A stretch of DNA of 64,000 nt, from contig DAOULU010000037.1 of NCBI GenBank assembly GCA_034417075.1, positions 41,915 to 105,914 of the forward strand. The letters are read 5' to 3'. The position numbers and the translations under genes were made by a program. The notes beneath the pieces are model-generated. The model was given only the letters and a program-made list of their open reading frames with translations. It was not told the origin of the DNA and ran no database searches. The first letter of the stretch is position 1; the number at the start of each line of letters is the position of its first letter. This DNA is from Anaerolineales bacterium. Its GTDB lineage: Bacteria; Chloroflexota; Anaerolineae; Anaerolineales; E44-bin32. Positions 59,986 through 64,000 of this stretch are shown piece after piece.

Positions 59986-61104
59986 TCAACCGTCGATGTT
60001 CTGCTTCGTCTTGCGAACGCCGCGCATGCGCATCAGATCGAGTATTTTCGGCTTGAATACTATGTACAACCAATAGGGAAACGGTCTCGTAACGTAGTCC
60101 CAAGCGCCCAGAGAACACACGAACTGAGCCCCGAAGCCCGATTTGAATCGGTACAAACCCCAAAGGGGATCATGCGTATCGAGCGTCTCCGGTGCGCCCC
60201 AGAAGTCGTATTTAATACAGCCTTGTTCCTTCGCCCATCGAATCGCCTCCCATTGCAGCAGATAATTGGGCATTTTCTTGCGATGCAGCTCGCGGGACAT
60301 ACCGTACATATACAGCGCGGTGTTCGCATAACGATATACGATGACCGCTGCGACTGGTGTATCGTCTACCTGGGCGATGAAAGGCTGGGCCAACCCGGCG
60401 CGGATGAAACTTCCCCAAACGTCGTGGTAGTAGGCGGGATTTCGAATGGCAAATCCATCCCGGATGGATGTCTCTGCATACATTTGGTAGAGCAGGTCGA
60501 AATCGTTGATGTCCCCCTGACGTACGGAAACCCCTCTCCGCTGCGCGAGGCGGATGTTGTAACGGGTTTTTTGTTTCATGTTCGAAAGCAAAGTATCCTC
60601 GGCATTGGACAGGTCGAGGAGAAACGTGTTGCGGAATTGGATTTGTTCGGCAGAAGAGCGCCAACCATGCTTCTCCAGTGAACCTAGGCTACTCATACCC
60701 GCAGGATGTTCCACGAACGTTTCAGGGGCGTTCGCTTCGCTGAAGGAAAGTGGAAAATCGGGATCGATTTTAAGGAACACGGATTTCTGGTTCACCGTGA
60801 AACGCCCTAGGTCTTCGAGCACCCGCGATCGTGTCGCAGGTTCGGACCACGGTAATGCGGGACCGCGAGGGCAATAGAGAATCGAGAAACGTCTGCCGAT
60901 TCCGGGCAGCGGGAGATTGCGCTGCAAGATTTGGGCTGCTGCAAGCGGCGTTCCGCGCGTATCTTTCCACAGCAGACGATGCGCCTCCCAGCCGTATTTG
61001 CTTTTGAATTCTCCCCATTCCCAGGACTGAAGCAGATGGGCGCTGGGAAGAGAAGTCACCGCTGTGTTCCATTGGGTTCGGTCAGATATCGATTCCGGCG
61101 GCAT
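59986..61104 (-). CDS. FemAB/FemX-family tRNA-dependent aminoacyl transferase
   Basis: LLQSWEWGEFK, YCPRGP, FLKIDP, KTRYNIRLA, LLQWEAI, FKSGFG. Confidence 0.9.
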   Translation of the reverse strand: MPPESISDRTQWNTAVTSLPSAHLLQSWEWGEFKSKYGWEAHRLLWKDTRGTPLAAAQILQRNLPLPGIGRRFSILYCPRGPALPWSEPATRSRVLEDLGRFTVNQKSVFLKIDPDFPLSFSEANAPETFVEHPAGMSSLGSLEKHGWRSSAEQIQFRNTFLLDLSNAEDTLLSNMKQKTRYNIRLAQRRGVSVRQGDINDFDLLYQMYAETSIRDGFAIRNPAYYHDVWGSFIRAGLAQPFIAQVDDTPVAAVIVYRYANTALYMYGMSRELHRKKMPNYLLQWEAIRWAKEQGCIKYDFWGAPETLDTHDPLWGLYRFKSGFGAQFVCSLGAWDYVTRPFPYWLYIVFKPKILDLMRMRGVRKTKQNIDG

Positions 61105-61113
61105 CGTTCATTC

Positions 61114-62133
61114 TCATCCGTTGCTTCTGGTCGTCCAGGTGCGGTAGAGCCAATAAAGCCAGGAGATGCGAGGACGATCCCAGGCGCCAATGGAGTGGAC
61201 CAGGTTTCCTCCAAAGCCTCGCTTGAAGCGGTAGACACCCCATAACCCGTCGTTGCGGTGCATGAAATTAGATTCCAAGGTTTCCCGGTCTTCGTTGGGG
61301 ACACCCCACAGATCGTACTGGGCACAGCCACGCTGACGCGCCCATTGAATTGCCTGCCATTGCAGAAGATACGTCGGCATGCGGCTGCGATGCAAATCCG
61401 TCGACGCGCCATAGAGATACCAGGCGCGGTTACCGCGTGCGAAAACCATGATCGCCGCAATCGGTTGACCTCCATACTCTGAGACGAAGAGCTCGCAGGC
61501 GCCGGATGGATGAAAAAGATCGTATGCTCGCCGGTAGTACGCGGGAACATGAACCCCAAAATCGTCGCGCTGTGCAGTTGTCTGCATCATACGCCCGAAT
61601 GCTTCCAGATCGTCCCATGGACGAACGCTGACCCCCTTCCTGGAAGCCAGACGTATGTTGTAGCGTGTTTTCTGATGCATGCGCGCCAGAATCTCGTCCT
61701 CTTCGGCGCGCAGATCGACCACGAGTGTTGTTGCCGGTTGAATGAGATGCGTGCTGAGACGAAACCCGTTTTCACGCAGTCTGGTTTGCAGCGCCGGATC
61801 GATATCTTCATCGGGCTCGATCTTGAGCGCGATCGAACGCTTTTGCCTGCACAATGTATCCAATTCGGGAAGGAGCGACGGCAGCCAGTTGCCCAGTGGA
61901 CCTTTGGGCACGTAGGCCAAGGTGAATCCCAATGGCAGGCGACGGAAGAGGACTTGTGCGCCGCATCCTTCTCCCAGAATGCGTCCAACGTCCCAGCCAT
62001 ATGCATTTTTAAGGGAACCCCATTGCGGCGTTTGCAGTAAATGCGCCTCTGGCTGAGTGTGGAGATAGGTTTCCCATTCCTCGGACGTACATAGGGGCGA
62101 CACGTCGGCATTATACCATCGTGGTGTCTTCAC
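61114..62133 (-). CDS. Second FemAB/FemX-family protein
   Basis: LLQTPQWG, YVPKGP, LKIEP, KTRYNIRLA, LLQWQAI, FKRGFG. The start may be the GTG about 30 nt downstream. Confidence 0.9.
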   Translation of the reverse strand: MKTPRWYNADVSPLCTSEEWETYLHTQPEAHLLQTPQWGSLKNAYGWDVGRILGEGCGAQVLFRRLPLGFTLAYVPKGPLGNWLPSLLPELDTLCRQKRSIALKIEPDEDIDPALQTRLRENGFRLSTHLIQPATTLVVDLRAEEDEILARMHQKTRYNIRLASRKGVSVRPWDDLEAFGRMMQTTAQRDDFGVHVPAYYRRAYDLFHPSGACELFVSEYGGQPIAAIMVFARGNRAWYLYGASTDLHRSRMPTYLLQWQAIQWARQRGCAQYDLWGVPNEDRETLESNFMHRNDGLWGVYRFKRGFGGNLVHSIGAWDRPRISWLYWLYRTWTTRSNG

Positions 62134-62329
62134 ATTCGGCTTTCACATGCAGGACCGTTCCGGAGATTTGGAAAAGGAGTTCCCGGTGTAAGTGAGTTAC
62201 ATCAACATTCATCGATAGTCATGCGCCTTTACTGTAAACGACGAACGTGATAAGCTATGTCCAGTTTAATTGAAGAGAAAGCCCCGAATGTATGTCGCGG
62301 TGGGCTGGTATTGGGAGGAGTGAGCGTCG

Positions 62330-62686
62330 ATGCTCAAACCCTGGGTTTTCTTGGGTATCTTGTTGATCGTTGGTCTGATACTGCCGGGTGTTGCCATCAT
62401 CGCCAATTGGATTCTTTCGCCGAAAAAACCTAACCCGATCAAGCAGTCAATTTACGAATGTGGCATTGAGACTTTTGGGGAAACGTACGTTCAACTCAAG
62501 GGTCAATACTATATTTTTGCACTCATGTTTTTAGTTTTCGACATCGAAGCCGTTTTTCTGTTTCCATGGGCTGTGGCTTACGACAAGCTGAATTTGTACA
62601 TGGTTCTAGAGGGGGTTCTCTTTATCTTCATCCTTACTGCCGGGTTGGTGTATGCCTGGCGTAAAGGCGCTTTGGAGTGGTTTTAA
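62330..62686 (+). CDS. nuoA: NADH-quinone oxidoreductase subunit A
   Basis: YECG, FLVFDIEAVFLFPW, YAWRKGALEW. GGAGG upstream. Confidence 0.95.
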   Translation: MLKPWVFLGILLIVGLILPGVAIIANWILSPKKPNPIKQSIYECGIETFGETYVQLKGQYYIFALMFLVFDIEAVFLFPWAVAYDKLNLYMVLEGVLFIFILTAGLVYAWRKGALEWF

Positions 62687-62815
62687 AACCCGAGGCGACC
62701 AGATGGTGGCTGATGGAAGCAACACATCAGCCATTTCGTTTTGTATGATTTCTGCGACTCGGAATTCTTAGGTCCTTTGGCGAGTCACTTTGGTTTGGAT
62801 GCGTAGGAGCGAGGC

Positions 62816-64000
62816 ATGCCATTTGACATCAACGATCCATTCGTATGGTTTGGAGAATGGTTTCGTGGACTGCTCGAAAATCTTGGTTTAGCGCCTGGCG
62901 CTGTCGAGTTTATACAAAATCTTCTAGGTGCATTTGTGTTGGGCACCGTCGCCCTGGTTGCCACATTCCTTCTCATTTGGGCGGAGCGAAAAATCATCGC
63001 TCGAATACAGGATCGTCTTGGACCAAACCGAGTCGGACCCTTCGGCATTTTTCAGACGTTTGCAGACGCCCTTAAGCTAGTTACTAAGGAATTGATCACT
63101 CCCACTGGGGCGGATATCGTTCCGTACAACCTGGCGCCGCTACTGGCAGTCATGTCGGTGGTGGGTGTCTGGGCGGTCATTCCATTGGCGCCTCGTTTAA
63201 CAGGCTCGGACATTAATGTGGGTGTACTGTACGCCGTCTCGATTGGCGCAGTGGGCACGCTGGGTATCATGTTGGCCGGGATGTCCTCCAATAATAAATA
63301 CGCCTTACTGGGCGCATTCCGTACGGTCGCGCAAATGCTTTCCTACGCCATACCGATGGTCTTAGCGCTGCTCGTACCCGTGTTGCTCGCCGGATCGATG
63401 GGCATGGTGCAAATTACCGAAGCGCAGCACTCCTATTGGTTCATACTGCTTGCGCCCTTCGCTGCCCTGATCTTCTTCGTCAGCTCGATCGCCGAGGTGG
63501 GACGCGCCCCGTTCGACTTGTTGGAGGCGGAATCGGAGATCGTCGCCGGATTCAATATCGAATATTCCGGACTTCGTTTCGGCATGTTCTTTGTGGCTGA
63601 ATTCCTGCACGCCTTCACCATCTCTGCGCTCACCACGACCTTGTTTTTAGGTGGGTGGCAAGGACCGGGTGCCATTGAATTTCCTTTGTTGGGTTTGCTC
63701 TACTTCTTCGTCAAAACCGCAGTAGTCTACTTCGTCGTCATCTGGATTCGGGGGTCATTCCCTCGTGTCCGCATTGACCAGATGAACAGCCTCAACTGGA
63801 AACTCTTTACGCCGATCGCATTGGCCGGCTTGATTTTCACAGCCGTGGCGGAGAAATTGGTCACCGAATTCTCGCTCAATCGGATGCTCGTGCATCTTGG
63901 GAGCAATCTCTTGTTGTTCGTGATCGTGCTGATCGCATTACGCAGCTACGCGCACACCAGGAGGCGTGAACTGGAAGGTTTGGCGCTTCGTGGTTCCGAT
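62816..64000 (+). CDS. nuoH: NADH-quinone oxidoreductase subunit H, runs off the window end (absent from the ORF track)
   Basis: Manual translation from ATG 62816: WAERKIIARIQDRLGPNRVGP, ADALKL, SNNKYALLG, GRAPFDLLEAESEIVAG, EYSG, PRVRIDQ. No stop before 64000. Confidence 0.95.
   Translation, partial: MPFDINDPFVWFGEWFRGLLENLGLAPGAVEFIQNLLGAFVLGTVALVATFLLIWAERKIIARIQDRLGPNRVGPFGIFQTFADALKLVTKELITPTGADIVPYNLAPLLAVMSVVGVWAVIPLAPRLTGSDINVGVLYAVSIGAVGTLGIMLAGMSSNNKYALLGAFRTVAQMLSYAIPMVLALLVPVLLAGSMGMVQITEAQHSYWFILLAPFAALIFFVSSIAEVGRAPFDLLEAESEIVAGFNIEYSGLRFGMFFVAEFLHAFTISALTTTLFLGGWQGPGAIEFPLLGLLYFFVKTAVVYFVVIWIRGSFPRVRIDQMNSLNWKLFTPIALAGLIFTAVAEKLVTEFSLNRMLVHLGSNLLLFVIVLIALRSYAHTRRRELEGLALRGSD

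Noticed and set aside
59827-60681. 284-aa plus-strand ORF opposite the FemAB gene
   Set aside because: Antisense shadow; the minus-strand frame carries the full Fem motifs.

Overview
About 54 kb of this window (1-53958) is one large, compositionally mosaic surface-glycan locus. It carries: (i) a nonulosonic-acid (NulO) cassette of the phosphorylated-substrate, animal-like type (NeuB with GYSGHE/ERHITLD motifs, NeuA fused to an intact HAD phosphatase), a Gfo/Idh/MocA + SDR redox pair and two candidate NulO transferases (KpsS-like, Maf-like); (ii) a second cytidylyltransferase + D-2-hydroxyacid dehydrogenase + SDR cassette with no synthase; (iii) five GT-C-like polytopic membrane proteins, paired GT2s and a flippase-like protein; (iv) a bifunctional PAPS synthase (Sat-CysC), a sulfotransferase and a membrane sulfatase-fold protein; (v) rmlB/rmlA and a Wzm/Wzt exporter facing an AT-rich minus-strand block (gmd, GNAT, perosamine aminotransferase, four GT4s, sulfotransferase, coiled-coil methyltransferase); (vi) a conserved-looking end block (three GT4s, Wzz-like, O-antigen ligase/polymerase, GT2, priming transferase, epimerase, CapD). 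The remaining ~10 kb encodes a Pro/Thr-rich membrane-anchored protein, a TgpA-like transglutaminase, a GAF-PAS adenylate cyclase, a D-cysteine desulfhydrase, two FemAB proteins, and nuoA followed directly by a 3'-truncated nuoH. The gene mix suggests a Chloroflexota (Anaerolineae-like) host; this is inference only. No rRNA, tRNA, CRISPR array, transposase or integrase was recognised. Best candidate for an undescribed system: a pathway that builds a sulfated/methylated glycan containing a redox-remodelled KDN/Neu-type acid plus a second, unknown CMP-activated acid.
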